A stretch of DNA of 64,000 nucleotides, from positions 20,898-84,897 of the forward strand of contig JAQVXZ010000007.1 in NCBI GenBank assembly GCA_028708845.1, read 5' to 3'. Below are positions 1-9,034 of the stretch, one piece after another. This DNA comes from Bacteroidales bacterium (GTDB lineage: Bacteria; Bacteroidota; Bacteroidia; Bacteroidales; P3). The position numbers were made by a program, and so were the translations under genes. The notes beneath the pieces were generated by a model, which did not search any database, had not been told where the DNA came from, and saw only the letters and a program-made list of their open reading frames with translations. Positions within the stretch are counted from its first letter, which is position 1, and each line of letters starts with the position of its first letter.

Positions 1-1272
1 GTTTTCTGGTAAACAACCGTTGTCAGTTCTTATTGCTAGTCCTAAGTCAGCTCCTCCAGCGTGAGTAAAGTGTTTTAATATTGTATTTTGTCCGTTTGGG
101 CATACTACTTCTATACTAATGTCTCCTATAAACGAATGTTCCATATTTGTGCATATACTTAGGATGTCGTCTTTGCTTGTTATTAATTCACCAGATGGAT
201 ATTCATCAATGGTTATAGGGATTTCCAAACAAAGAGGAGCACAATTAGGACCGTCAGGAATAAAAAATGCGCCTTCATAATTATATCCTCTTATTTCATC
301 ATAATCGCCAACCACAATGGTGCTACCATCTTCGTTCCCTACTGATAGGTAAAAGACTTCTCCAGAACATACTTTTAAATCCTCTTGTATTTCCCTGATT
401 TTATTTACTGATATTCTAACCTTTGTGTTTATTTTGTTTATGCTTGAGCATTTAGAAACGGTATCGTAAGCAATTAGATTGAGGTCTAATATTGATCCTT
501 TTGTGAACCTATGTCCTACGGTATTATTATAATCTATTGTTTGGGTTTGCCCATCTCCAAATGACCAAAAATATTGACAAGTATTTGGGGATTGAGGCGA
601 CGGCATAACAACATTTGAGAATGATGGGTTTGCTCTAAGAATTATTGAATCACCCATGCATATATCTATGCTCTTATAATGTTTTAAAGAATAGTTGCCT
701 GAAGGAGCATAAATTGTGTCTGTTATGTCTTTGATTGGGAAGTTCTGCATATTGCCTTGTGCATCTACTTTTGTGAAAAAAGAATCTAATTGAGCAACTA
801 GGTGTTGACAAAAGTCTACGCATTCTATATTTGCCTTAAATCCAAGGGCAGTATTCAGTGTATCTGCAACAAGACGAACGGTAAGACAACCTGTGGTGTC
901 AGTGAAATGAGGTTGAACTGTTTGGTTAAGTAGTTCTTGGTTTGTGAAAAAGGGTTGAGAATTGCTATTATAAAGAGGAACGCCGTTAAGACCTTTTCCT
1001 GAATAAATTTCAAGCTTATCGGAAGGATGAATATCAAATTCTACAAAAGTTAAGGTTAGTTTCTTATCTGGTGTAGCTGGGCATATTGTTCTCCAATAGC
1101 TAGTATTGTTTTTATAATTACTAGCACTTCCGCCACCATCATATAGAGTTCCTCCACATTTGAAAAATATAGACCCATTGGATAAGCTATCTAATAGGTA
1201 TGTTTGTGAGTTTACAATGCTTGGAACGAATAATCCAAGACTAAAAAATACAATAAGTAATGATTTTTTCAT
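1..1272 (-). CDS. secreted multidomain protein with an N-terminal CUB-like domain; C-terminus runs off the window (partial)
   Basis: The minus-strand frame is open from the ATG at 1270-1272 to position 1. It is absent from the ORF track because it has no stop in the window. It starts MKKSLLIVFFSLGLLFVPSIVNSQ (signal peptide). Then comes FKCGGTLYDDGGGSASNYKNNTSYWRTICP...LTLTFVEFDIHPSDKLEIYSG, a CUB-like pattern. Near the window edge, ISIEVVCPNGQNTILKH resembles a convertase P-domain core. Confidence 0.6.
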   Translation of the reverse strand, partial: MKKSLLIVFFSLGLFVPSIVNSQTYLLDSLSNGSIFFKCGGTLYDGGGSASNYKNNTSYWRTICPATPDKKLTLTFVEFDIHPSDKLEIYSGKGLNGVPLYNSNSQPFFTNQELLNQTVQPHFTDTTGCLTVRLVADTLNTALGFKANIECVDFCQHLVAQLDSFFTKVDAQGNMQNFPIKDITDTIYAPSGNYSLKHYKSIDICMGDSIILRANPSFSNVVMPSPQSPNTCQYFWSFGDGQTQTIDYNNTVGHRFTKGSILDLNLIAYDTVSKCSSINKINTKVRISVNKIREIQEDLKVCSGEVFYLSVGNEDGSTIVVGDYDEIRGYNYEGAFFIPDGPNCAPLCLEIPITIDEYPSGELITSKDDILSICTNMEHSFIGDISIEVVCPNGQNTILKHFTHAGGADLGLAIRTDNGCLPEN

Positions 1273-1336
1273 GGTTGCAATATTTATTAAATAACTCCTT
1301 ATAAACTACTAACAGCAGAAGTTAGTAAAAAGTAAG

Positions 1337-1344
1337 CAAAGATA
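1337..1344 (-). promoter_or_regulatory. Bacteroidota -7 box (TATCTTTG) upstream of the CUB-like gene
   Basis: The reverse complement of caaagata matches TAnnTTTG. It lies 64 nt upstream of the ATG at 1272. Confidence 0.4.
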
Positions 1345-1392
1345 TCAAATAAAATGTTTCCAATCCTAATTTTAAGATATTAATTTTGTATT

Positions 1393-1441
1393 ATTTCACT
1401 TTTCACTTTTATCTTTTTACCTCTTACCTTTGACTTCTTAG
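1393..1441 (-). repeat. 7-nt-period purine-rich array directly after the trkH stop codon
   Basis: In gene sense it reads CTAAGAA GTCAAAG GTAAGAG GTAAAAA GATAAAA GTGAAAA GTGAAA. It begins 3 nt after the TAA at 1444-1446. Confidence 0.6.
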
Positions 1442-1443
1442 TT

Positions 1444-2910
1444 TTAATTTTTCCAGAAAGCAGGCATAAACAAACAAAAGACTGTTATTAGCTCTAACCT
1501 TCCGACATACATAAGGGTGGCAAATATTAGCTTAGCTGCTTGTGATAGGTCGGCGTAGTTACCATAAGCTCCTATTTCTCCAAAGCCTGCTCCCATGGTG
1601 CTAAGACAAGAAACAACTCCACCCATTGCTTCATAGAAACCAAGTCCTAGTGCTATTAGAAGAAGTGAGGCAATAAGGAAAGTGAAGAGATAGAGTAGGA
1701 ATATGGTGAGTATGTTATTTACTACTTGCTGGTCTAGTATTTTCTTCTCAAATTTTATTGGTATATGAGCATTGGAGTGAATGGAGCGTTGGAGTATGTT
1801 ATTTGCATTCTTAAATAAAATGATTACCCTAACAAGCTTTAAGCCCCCTGTTGTGGAACTTGCCATGGCTCCTGAAAACATTAGAAGAAAGAGTAGGAAA
1901 GTGGCAGGGGTTACCCAAAGGGTATAGTCGTAGCTTATGAATCCTGCCGAAGACAATATGCTAGATACTTGAAAGAGGGAATGTCGGAAATTGGTTTCAA
2001 GGTTAATGTTGGGGTCGTAGATAAGTAGTCCAATAACAAGGCTACCTATTAAAACTATTGCAAGATAGACCTTAAATTCTTCGTTGTCCCATAGCTTTTG
2101 AAACTGACCTTTTATTGCAAAATATATAAGTGGAAAGCTTATACCCGATATTATCATAAAGACAATAATAACATATTGTATAAGGGGTGAGAACTGACTT
2201 ACGGAATCGTTCTTTGTGGAAAATCCTCCTGAACTAATGGTTGAAAGAGAATGAGCAAGAGAATCAAAGAAATTCATTCCTGCTGCCCAATAGGATAGCA
2301 TTGCAATAATAGTTAATGCAATATATATCTTGATGATTATTAGTGCTGTTTCCTTTGTTCTGGGTGATAGTTTATTCTTGGAGGGTCCTGCAACTTCTGC
2401 CGAAAACAAAGACATGCCTCCTCCTCCAATAAAAGGGATAAAGGATAAGACAATAACAACTATTCCAACTCCACCAATCCAATTGGTAAGTCCTCTCCAA
2501 AAAAGTATGCTTTGGGGTAGTGATTCAACATCTGGAATTATTGTGGCACTAGTTGTGGTAAAGCCTGACATGGTTTCGAAAAAAGCATCCGAAAAGCTTT
2601 CTATATGTCCCCCTAATATATAGGGCAAGGATCCAAAGATTGACATCACTATCCAAATTGAAGATACTATTAGAAGCCCTAGGCGGCGATCTATTTTTAG
2701 CTTCTTGTATCTAAGAAGGGGAATAAGAAATATTATGCCAAAGACTGCGGTTATGGATGAGCTAATAAGTAAGCTTAGGTAGTTATTGTCGTTATAGATA
2801 AGAGATATCAAAAGACTGACTATCATAAAGCCTGCCTCTACTAGTAGAAGCATACCTAATACTCTGGTAATTGTTGCTAACCTCCTTTTAAATAATAATC
2901 TTCTCTCCAT
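1444..2910 (-). CDS. trkH: TrkH/KtrB-family potassium uptake protein (paralog 1)
   Basis: Polytopic membrane protein with repeated selectivity-filter-like segments (MSGFTTTSATI, SSGGFSTKN, SSTTGGLK, STMGAGFG). The start is set at MERRLLF (ATG at 2908-2910) because a TATCTTTG box lies inside the longer track ORF. Confidence 0.9.
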   Translation of the reverse strand: MERRLLFKRRLATITRVLGMLLLVEAGFMIVSLLISLIYNDNNYLSLLISSSITAVFGIIFLIPLLRYKKLKIDRRLGLLIVSSIWIVMSIFGSLPYILGGHIESFSDAFFETMSGFTTTSATIIPDVESLPQSILFWRGLTNWIGGVGIVVIVLSFIPFIGGGGMSLFSAEVAGPSKNKLSPRTKETALIIIKIYIALTIIAMLSYWAAGMNFFDSLAHSLSTISSGGFSTKNDSVSQFSPLIQYVIIVFMIISGISFPLIYFAIKGQFQKLWDNEEFKVYLAIVLIGSLVIGLLIYDPNINLETNFRHSLFQVSSILSSAGFISYDYTLWVTPATFLLFLLMFSGAMASSTTGGLKLVRVIILFKNANNILQRSIHSNAHIPIKFEKKILDQQVVNNILTIFLLYLFTFLIASLLLIALGLGFYEAMGGVVSCLSTMGAGFGEIGAYGNYADLSQAAKLIFATLMYVGRLELITVFCLFMPAFWKN

Positions 2911-2929
2911 TTTCTTTTTTTCGGAAAAA

Positions 2930-2937
2930 CAAAGATA
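2930..2937 (-). promoter_or_regulatory. -7 box TATCTTTG for trkH paralog 1
   Basis: The reverse complement of caaagata lies 19 nt upstream of the ATG at 2910. Confidence 0.45.
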
Positions 2938-2981
2938 CAACTATATAGCCACAGACCTTATATAAGAGGATAACAATAAGC

Positions 2982-4433
2982 TTATCTTTTCCAGAAAGCA
3001 GGCATAAATAAACAAAACACTGTTATTAGTTCTAGTCTTCCAAGATACATAAGGGCAGAAAGTACCCAGGTGGTAGCATCGGAAAAGCCTGAATAGTTGC
3101 CAAATCCTCCACAACTTCCTAGTCCAGGACCAATATTGCTCATGCAAGAAACTGCACCTCCCATAGCTGCTACTATTTCAGTACCAAGAAGAAGTAATAA
3201 CAACACTCCAACAACGTAGGTTGTAATGTATAGGAAAAATATTGTCATTACATTATTCATAACGTTTGGCGGTACTACTTTTTTTTCAAACTTCACTGGC
3301 AGATAACCTCTTGGACTATTGCTATGTTGAATAATATGTATTGCGTTCTTAAATAGTAGAAGAACTCTAATGATCTTTAAGCCTCCTGACGTTGAACCAC
3401 TCATTGCCCCAGAGAACATCAATAAATAAAGAATAAAGATCGCAGGTAATGCCCAATCGGTATAATTAGCGTTTACAAATCCTGTTGAGGTTGAAAGACT
3501 TGAAACTTGAAAAAGTGCATAACGAAATGAAGTCTCTAGACCCAATGTAGGGTCATAAATAAGAAATGTTATTAATGAAGTTGCTGATATAGTTATTAGG
3601 ATATAAGCCTTAAACTCTTCATTAAGCCATACTCTCTTAAATTCTCCTTTTGTGGCATAGTAAATTAATGTGAAATTTGTACCAGCAGGAATCATAAAAG
3701 CAACTAAAACATATTGAGTAAGGGGAGAAAAGGCTGCTCCGGATGCATTTTTTGTTGAGAAACCTCCTGAGGCAAGGGTAGAAAATGAATGACAAATAGC
3801 ATCAAATAAATCCATCCCTGAAAAGAATAAGCTAATTATACATAAGACGGTTAACGAAAAATATATTGAAAGAAGGATTTTTCCTGTTTTCTTAATATGG
3901 GGACTGAGTTTATCTTTCGACGGTCCTGGAACTTCGGCAGAAAACAAAGACATTGCACCTGCTCCAATAAAAGGGATAAAGGAAATAACCATTACAACAA
4001 TACCAATTCCTCCTATCCAATTGGTTAAACTCCTCCAAAATACTATTCCTTTGGGGATAGACTCTATATCTGCAATTACTGAAGCACCTGTTGTGGTAAA
4101 GCCTGACATGGTTTCGAAAAAAGAATCGGTATAAGATAGATAACCTCCAATATAATAGGGGAGTGATCCGAAAATAGTCATTAATATCCAAATAAGTGCT
4201 ACCACAAGGAAACCAAGTCGTCTGTCTATGTTTATAATAGGGCTTTTGAGAAGAGGCACCCTAAGAATAAATCCCACAATAAAAGTTATTATGCTGCTAA
4301 TAAGTAGAGCTTTGATATCGTTGCCGTTATAGAAAAGTGCAACAAAGAAGCTTGATAGCATAAAACCTGCCTCAACCATAAGAAGCATTCCTATGACTCT
4401 GCAAGCTGTTACAAATCTACTTTTAAACATCAT
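2982..4433 (-). CDS. trkH: TrkH/KtrB-family potassium uptake protein (paralog 2)
   Basis: 483 aa, collinear with paralog 1 and sharing its motifs (MSGFTTTGASV, ASGGFSTKN, GSTSGGLK). The C-terminal end is nearly identical (GRLELITVFCLFMPAFWK). Confidence 0.9.
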   Translation of the reverse strand: MMFKSRFVTACRVIGMLLMVEAGFMLSSFFVALFYNGNDIKALLISSIITFIVGFILRVPLLKSPIINIDRRLGFLVVALIWILMTIFGSLPYYIGGYLSYTDSFFETMSGFTTTGASVIADIESIPKGIVFWRSLTNWIGGIGIVVMVISFIPFIGAGAMSLFSAEVPGPSKDKLSPHIKKTGKILLSIYFSLTVLCIISLFFSGMDLFDAICHSFSTLASGGFSTKNASGAAFSPLTQYVLVAFMIPAGTNFTLIYYATKGEFKRVWLNEEFKAYILITISATSLITFLIYDPTLGLETSFRYALFQVSSLSTSTGFVNANYTDWALPAIFILYLLMFSGAMSGSTSGGLKIIRVLLLFKNAIHIIQHSNSPRGYLPVKFEKKVVPPNVMNNVMTIFFLYITTYVVGVLLLLLLGTEIVAAMGGAVSCMSNIGPGLGSCGGFGNYSGFSDATTWVLSALMYLGRLELITVFCLFMPAFWKR

Positions 4434-4451
4434 TTTGAGATTTTGAGGATT

Positions 4452-4459
4452 GCAAAGGT
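4452..4459 (-). promoter_or_regulatory. -7 box TACCTTTG for trkH paralog 2
   Basis: The reverse complement of caaaggta lies 18 nt upstream of the ATG at 4433. Confidence 0.45.
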
Positions 4460-4508
4460 AGATAAAAATTCAATTCAAAGAACTAAAAACAAATCACTGA
4501 AAGAATTT

Positions 4509-4622
4509 ATTAATACGCCACATTAAAAAATTAATACGAAGAGTTAAGAAATTAAAACGAAGAGTTAATAAATTAAAACGAAGAGTTAGTAGATTGAAAC
4601 GAAGAAAGAATAAATTAAAACC
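4509..4622 (-). repeat. 21-bp-period tandem repeat array, locus A (about 5 units; core AAACGAAGA on the + strand)
   Basis: Units are attaatacgaagagttaagaa / attaaaacgaagagttaataa / attaaaacgaagagttagtag / attgaaacgaagaaagaataa. The array lies between the stop of the 4628 gene and the trkH start. Confidence 0.85.
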
Positions 4623-4627
4623 TTGTT

Positions 4628-5494
4628 TTATTGGTAAACTACTGTTGGTTTTGGTTTCTTGTCGTGGAATAGGTAACCAACTTTTATGCTTGTGGTATAG
4701 GTCATTCTATTTCCTCCACCATACAACATACCTATTGCGTTAAATTCTCCAAATTCATCATCTTTTAAGTTTGAAAAACTATATCCAACTCCAAAGCACC
4801 AATCAATTAGGAAACGATTTGAAAAGACCCATTGTTTTCCACCAACTACCATTAGGTTTATTGAAGCCATGTTTTTTTCAATAGGTTTACTCTCATCTAT
4901 AATATTACCATACTGATCATAAGTAACGTTCCATTGATCTACTTTAGCATTTATTAATGACATCTTTATTCTTGGCATTACGTAGCTTCCCTTTAATATA
5001 TGAGCATATTTCAAATTCCTTACATAGTAGTCAGGTGAACGGTAGAAACGATATCCTCCAGATATTGCTAATCCTGTTGCTTCGTAAAGGAAGTTTTGAT
5101 ATCCTAGCCCAATTATTGCAAGTCCTGCTGTCCAGCTTTGTTCTGGCTTTATGCTTCTTTCATAATCAAATTCCATAAATCCAATAATAGGAGAGGTGAA
5201 GTTAAATTTGATTGCGTTATTTGTATTGTCTTGGTAGTTATTCTTGCCAAACATTGAGTGTTCTATTTTTAGTATCTCTCCATTTGCAAACTTTATGTAC
5301 TCAATATTGTTCTTATCTATGGTAAATCGCCTTTCCTGACCTCCCAAATCAGCAGAATAAGAGACTAATTCTTCCCCGATTTCTATGATTTTACAAGATA
5401 TTTCTGCCTTAGGATTTTTTCTAACTATCAAGTCTTGAGCCGATAAGCTTAGGAAAGAAAACATTATTATGCTTATAAAGATTAGCTTTTTCAT
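4628..5494 (-). CDS. hypothetical secreted protein, probably an outer-membrane beta-barrel
   Basis: Signal peptide MKKLIFISIIMFSFLSLSAQ. The rest has alternating aromatic and small residues typical of beta strands. The start is set at 5494 because a -7 box lies inside the longer ORF. Confidence 0.5.
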   Translation of the reverse strand: MKKLIFISIIMFSFLSLSAQDLIVRKNPKAEISCKIIEIGEELVSYSADLGGQERRFTIDKNNIEYIKFANGEILKIEHSMFGKNNYQDNTNNAIKFNFTSPIIGFMEFDYERSIKPEQSWTAGLAIIGLGYQNFLYEATGLAISGGYRFYRSPDYYVRNLKYAHILKGSYVMPRIKMSLINAKVDQWNVTYDQYGNIIDESKPIEKNMASINLMVVGGKQWVFSNRFLIDWCFGVGYSFSNLKDDEFGEFNAIGMLYGGGNRMTYTTSIKVGYLFHDKKPKPTVVYQ

Positions 5495-5519
5495 AATGGA
5501 ATTATTATTTAATATTGAG

Positions 5520-5527
5520 CAAAGATA
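5520..5527 (-). promoter_or_regulatory. -7 box TATCTTTG
   Basis: The reverse complement of caaagata lies 25 nt upstream of the ATG at 5494. Confidence 0.45.
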
Positions 5528-5563
5528 AAAATAAATTTGAATTCTCAAGTTTTTTTCAATTAA

Positions 5564-6529
5564 TTAATCGTTTTCAATTGAAATTATATTCTCAACACTA
5601 AATACAAATGGCTTCTTAGTCTCTTCTTTTCTTAGTTTGCAATCACTCATTCTGCACTCTGAGCAATATTTTTGGTCACATGAATCGCTGTGAACAGTGA
5701 AGTAGAGTTCGAGATTCTCTCTTTGAAGTGATTCTTTGAGTTTGTCGGTAACCTTATGACCCTCTTGAATGGTGTAGAAGCAAGGCAGGGTTATGTCGCA
5801 GTCTATATGTAGTGAGTTTCCGTAGCGAACAGCTCTTAGGTTATGAATGTTTATCCAATCCTCTTGTTTGTTAAGTTCAATGCTCTTTGCTATGATTTTT
5901 AGTTCGTCTTCATCGTTTTCATCAACAAGGTTAGATATTGTCTTACTTAGTATTCTTAGTCCTGTAATGATAATAATTGAGCCATAAACTAAGGCAAGGA
6001 TACTATCTATAATAATAAGCCCAGTGATTTTGATAAGGATTAATCCAACAAGTAGTCCTATTGTGGAATAGGTGTCTGATTGTAGGTGTTTTCCTCCTGC
6101 AACTAAGGCTACGGATGAGGTTTTCTTACCTTTTCTTATGCTCCAAGCTCCAAGTAGGAAGTTCATCACTCCTGCAAATGCAACAATGACCATCCCTATT
6201 TCAAGTTCTGGAAGTTCGGTGGGTGGAATATAAAACCTCTTTATGGCTTCAAAAATAATTAATCCACCTGCAAGTATTATAAGAGAGCCTTCAATGGATG
6301 CTGAAATAAGTTCCATTTTCCCATGTCCAAAGGGATGTTTTTCGTCTCTTGGCTTAGCTGCCCAACGTAACGATATAAGGCTTATAATTCCTGCAACAAC
6401 ATTAACAATGCTTTCCATTGCATCGGAATAGACCCCTACGGAATTTGTTATGAAATAGGCTGTGAACTTAGCAATTAAAAGAAGTGCTGATATGCCTACG
6501 ATTAGTCTTTGAAACTTCCAATTAATCAT
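5564..6529 (-). CDS. cation diffusion facilitator (CDF) family metal efflux transporter
   Basis: Six TM segments with YSDAMESIVN and HLQSDTYSTIG motifs, followed by a C-terminal cytoplasmic domain with a Cys-rich tail. Confidence 0.85.
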   Translation of the reverse strand: MINWKFQRLIVGISALLLIAKFTAYFITNSVGVYSDAMESIVNVVAGIISLISLRWAAKPRDEKHPFGHGKMELISASIEGSLIILAGGLIIFEAIKRFYIPPTELPELEIGMVIVAFAGVMNFLLGAWSIRKGKKTSSVALVAGGKHLQSDTYSTIGLLVGLILIKITGLIIIDSILALVYGSIIIITGLRILSKTISNLVDENDEDELKIIAKSIELNKQEDWINIHNLRAVRYGNSLHIDCDITLPCFYTIQEGHKVTDKLKESLQRENLELYFTVHSDSCDQKYCSECRMSDCKLRKEETKKPFVFSVENIISIEND

Positions 6530-6547
6530 AATTTAGGTTTTATATAA

Positions 6548-6578
6548 TAAAAAAAGAGCCTTCCTAGGAAAGACTCTT
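6548..6578 (-). terminator. intrinsic terminator after the TPR gene
   Basis: On the minus strand: AGAGTCTTTCC-ta-GGAAGGCTCT hairpin followed by a T7 run. Confidence 0.5.
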
Positions 6579-6604
6579 TTTCTAAAAATACTAAAAATAT
6601 TATC

Positions 6605-7273
6605 TTATAAACTTTCTAATCTTGAGATATACTTGTCAATTTCTCTTGCTTCCATTGATGCAGGATAATCTGTTTTTAATTTCTTGTATGTAGATAAGGC
6701 TTTTTTGTTGTCCTTATTCATTTCGTAAGCTAGTCCTAATTTGAAAAGAACAAAAGGTGTTGTCATGTCGTTAGGGTTAGACATTGCTTTTTCATAGTTT
6801 TTGATTGCTTCGCTAACGTTGTTTAGCTCAAGGTAGCAGTCACCAATCATTGCTTTTGCTTGATTTGATAAGAAAACGTCTTTTGAAGAGAATTTCTTAA
6901 GGTGATCTATTGCTTTTTGGAATTCTCCTTTTGAAAGATAAGCACTTCCAGCATAGAAATTAGCTAGTGTCCCACTCTTAGTGCTGCTATATTTATCAGC
7001 AATTGCAATAAATCCCATGTGTTTTCCATCTCCATTAAGAGCTTTGTCCATATCTTCATTCTTAAAGAATTGTTCAGCTGCAAACATTTCAGCAGCAGCA
7101 GACTCTTGACGAGGTTCTGCAATTAATTTCTTGTAAGCGAAAAACCCACCAATCAATACTAAAATTGCAATGATTACAATTAGGATTATCTTTTGATTTT
7201 TCTCAATGAATTGTTCTGATCTTGAGATTGCTTCACCAACAGCAAGGTTCTTAGGTTTTTGTTCTTTACTCAT
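6605..7273 (-). CDS. membrane-anchored tetratricopeptide-repeat protein
   Basis: One N-terminal TM helix (IILIVIIAILVLIGGFFAY), then TPR-like helices (AGSAYLSKGEFQKAIDHLKK, GDCYLELNNVSEAIKNYEKA, LGLAYEMNKDNKKALSTYKK). Confidence 0.7.
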   Translation of the reverse strand: MSKEQKPKNLAVGEAISRSEQFIEKNQKIILIVIIAILVLIGGFFAYKKLIAEPRQESAAAEMFAAEQFFKNEDMDKALNGDGKHMGFIAIADKYSSTKSGTLANFYAGSAYLSKGEFQKAIDHLKKFSSKDVFLSNQAKAMIGDCYLELNNVSEAIKNYEKAMSNPNDMTTPFVLFKLGLAYEMNKDNKKALSTYKKLKTDYPASMEAREIDKYISRLESL

Positions 7274-7305
7274 AATGTACTTATCCTATATTTTAATTTA
7301 GAGTG

Positions 7306-7313
7306 CAAAGATA
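7306..7313 (-). promoter_or_regulatory. -7 box TATCTTTG
   Basis: 32 nt upstream of the ATG at 7273. Confidence 0.45.
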
Positions 7314-7406
7314 CATTTTTCTTTAAAAATACGAAGGAATACTGTCTTTTTTTAAAAACTTTTTAGGATATTTACTATTTTACTTGCAATATTAGATTAA
7401 TATTTG

Positions 7407-7414
7407 TAGTTTTG
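7407..7414 (+). promoter_or_regulatory. -7 box TAGTTTTG
   Basis: 23 nt upstream of the ATG at 7438. Confidence 0.4.
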
Positions 7415-7437
7415 TTGCTTAAAAATACAATGTTTAT

Positions 7438-8424
7438 ATGGGGATTAGTACAAAATTCATGGGGTATAATATCAAAAGCCCTATTGTTGTTGGAAGTTGT
7501 GGTTTGACTTCAAATATTGAAACTTTAAAGAAAATTGAACAAGCAGGTGCAGGTGCCGTTATACTTAAATCTTTGTTTGAGGAACAAATTACTCAAGAGA
7601 TGAATGTTAACGTGAAAGTATATAGCGCTAGTTTTAGTGGATATCCAGAGGCTTACCATTATATAGAAGAACACACTAAAGGAGAAGTTATTTCCAAATA
7701 CATTAAATTGATTAAGGATGCTAAGTCTAATTTATCAATTCCTGTTATTGCAAGTGTAAACTGCATAACTGCTTCCGAATGGTTACCTTTTGTTAAAATG
7801 GCTGAGGAGGCAGGTGCTGACGGAATTGAACTTAATATGTTTATTCTTCCTTCCGATATTAGTCTTTCCCATGAAGATGTTGAAAGGTTTTACGAAGACA
7901 TTGTACATATTATAAAAAGAGCTACCTCACTACCAATTTCCCTTAAAATATCTTATTATTTTTCTTCTCTAACTAGGTTTGCTCAAAAGATTTCTTGGCT
8001 TGGAATATCTAATCTAAACATTTTTAATCGATTCTATCAATCTGATATAAATATAGACACTTTCGACACATTCCCTGTCAATATTAAAAGTAGTCATGAT
8101 GAGCTTTATAACACAATTAGATGGACTGCAATCATTTCTCCTGAAATTAGATGTAGCCTAACGGCAGGAAATGGTGTTCATAAGGCAGATGATATCATTA
8201 AACTACTTCTTGCAGGAGCCGATACTGTTCAGGTTGTTTCGGCACTCTACGATGAGGGATTAAACTTTATAGTTGAGGCTAATAATAAATTAGAGAGTTG
8301 GATGAAGGAAAAGAACTTCACTTCAATTAGTCAGTTTAGAGGAAAGATGGCAGTTAAAAAGAATAAGGATGCTTCGGCATTCTATAGGGTTCAGTTTATG
8401 AGATATTATTCTGGAATTGAATAG
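7438..8424 (+). CDS. dihydroorotate dehydrogenase-like TIM-barrel flavoprotein
   Basis: N-terminal FMGYNIKSPIVVGSCGLT...AGAGAVILKSLFEEQI and GADGIELN segments resemble the PyrD family. Confidence 0.7.
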   Translation: MGISTKFMGYNIKSPIVVGSCGLTSNIETLKKIEQAGAGAVILKSLFEEQITQEMNVNVKVYSASFSGYPEAYHYIEEHTKGEVISKYIKLIKDAKSNLSIPVIASVNCITASEWLPFVKMAEEAGADGIELNMFILPSDISLSHEDVERFYEDIVHIIKRATSLPISLKISYYFSSLTRFAQKISWLGISNLNIFNRFYQSDINIDTFDTFPVNIKSSHDELYNTIRWTAIISPEIRCSLTAGNGVHKADDIIKLLLAGADTVQVVSALYDEGLNFIVEANNKLESWMKEKNFTSISQFRGKMAVKKNKDASAFYRVQFMRYYSGIE

Positions 8425-8504
8425 AACTTAATACGAACTTTATTATATATACATTTATATAACTTGTCGAAAGACGATTTACTAATTAAAAACAAACTGA
8501 AATT

Positions 8505-8951
8505 ATGGAAAATCAAAACAAACCTGTAAGTTTTTTCCGTTTCGAAGATTTGAGGATTTACCACAAGTCCTTAGATTATTTTAACTGGATTATTGAACAA
8601 TCTAAATCAATTAATCATGTTGAACATAAAGTAGTTATTGAGTCATTAACTAAGTCAGCTATGGGGATTGCTGTAAACATTGCAGAAGGGTCATCACGTC
8701 ACAAACTTCAATTCGTTACTTTCCTAAAAGATGCAAAAACTGCTGTAAGAGAATGTGCTGTTTTGTCATCAATGGCTCTCGGCTCTGCTGCTTTTACAGA
8801 AGAACAATACGAACAGTCTAAAGAAACTTTGATTGAAATGACAAAAATGCTTGGAGCAATGATTGTTTCACTTCAAAAAAGCACTCCTCGTGATGCTTCA
8901 GAACCTAGAATTGATTTCAATTCATCCAAAGAAATAGACTTTGAATATTAA
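8505..8951 (+). CDS. four-helix-bundle protein (23S rRNA intervening-sequence protein family)
   Basis: FRFEDLRIYHKSLDY ... NIAEGSSR pattern typical of this family, with an extra C-terminal tail. Confidence 0.65.
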   Translation: MENQNKPVSFFRFEDLRIYHKSLDYFNWIIEQSKSINHVEHKVVIESLTKSAMGIAVNIAEGSSRHKLQFVTFLKDAKTAVRECAVLSSMALGSAAFTEEQYEQSKETLIEMTKMLGAMIVSLQKSTPRDASEPRIDFNSSKEIDFEY

Positions 8952-8999
8952 AAAGCTTTACTTTTAATCTTTTTTTGCCTTTAATTGAGAGAATTGTCG

Positions 9000-9007
9000 T
9001 ACATTTG
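9000..9007 (+). promoter_or_regulatory. -7 box TACATTTG
   Basis: 27 nt upstream of the ATG at 9035. Confidence 0.45.
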
Positions 9008-9034
9008 TTTTTCTAAAAAGGAATAACAAACAAT

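Noticed and set aside
2941-3147. 68-aa ORF bridging the two trkH genes, and the 93-aa (3910-4191) and 97-aa (2330-2623) ORFs within them
   Set aside because: They are off-frame or antisense overlaps with strongly supported membrane-protein genes, and their composition is not protein-like.
4509-4622. The 21-bp tandem arrays (here and at 15470, 28237, 50495, 57140) as CRISPR arrays
   Set aside because: Units are contiguous with no unique spacers between them. The period is only 21 nt, units are degenerate, and no cas genes are nearby.
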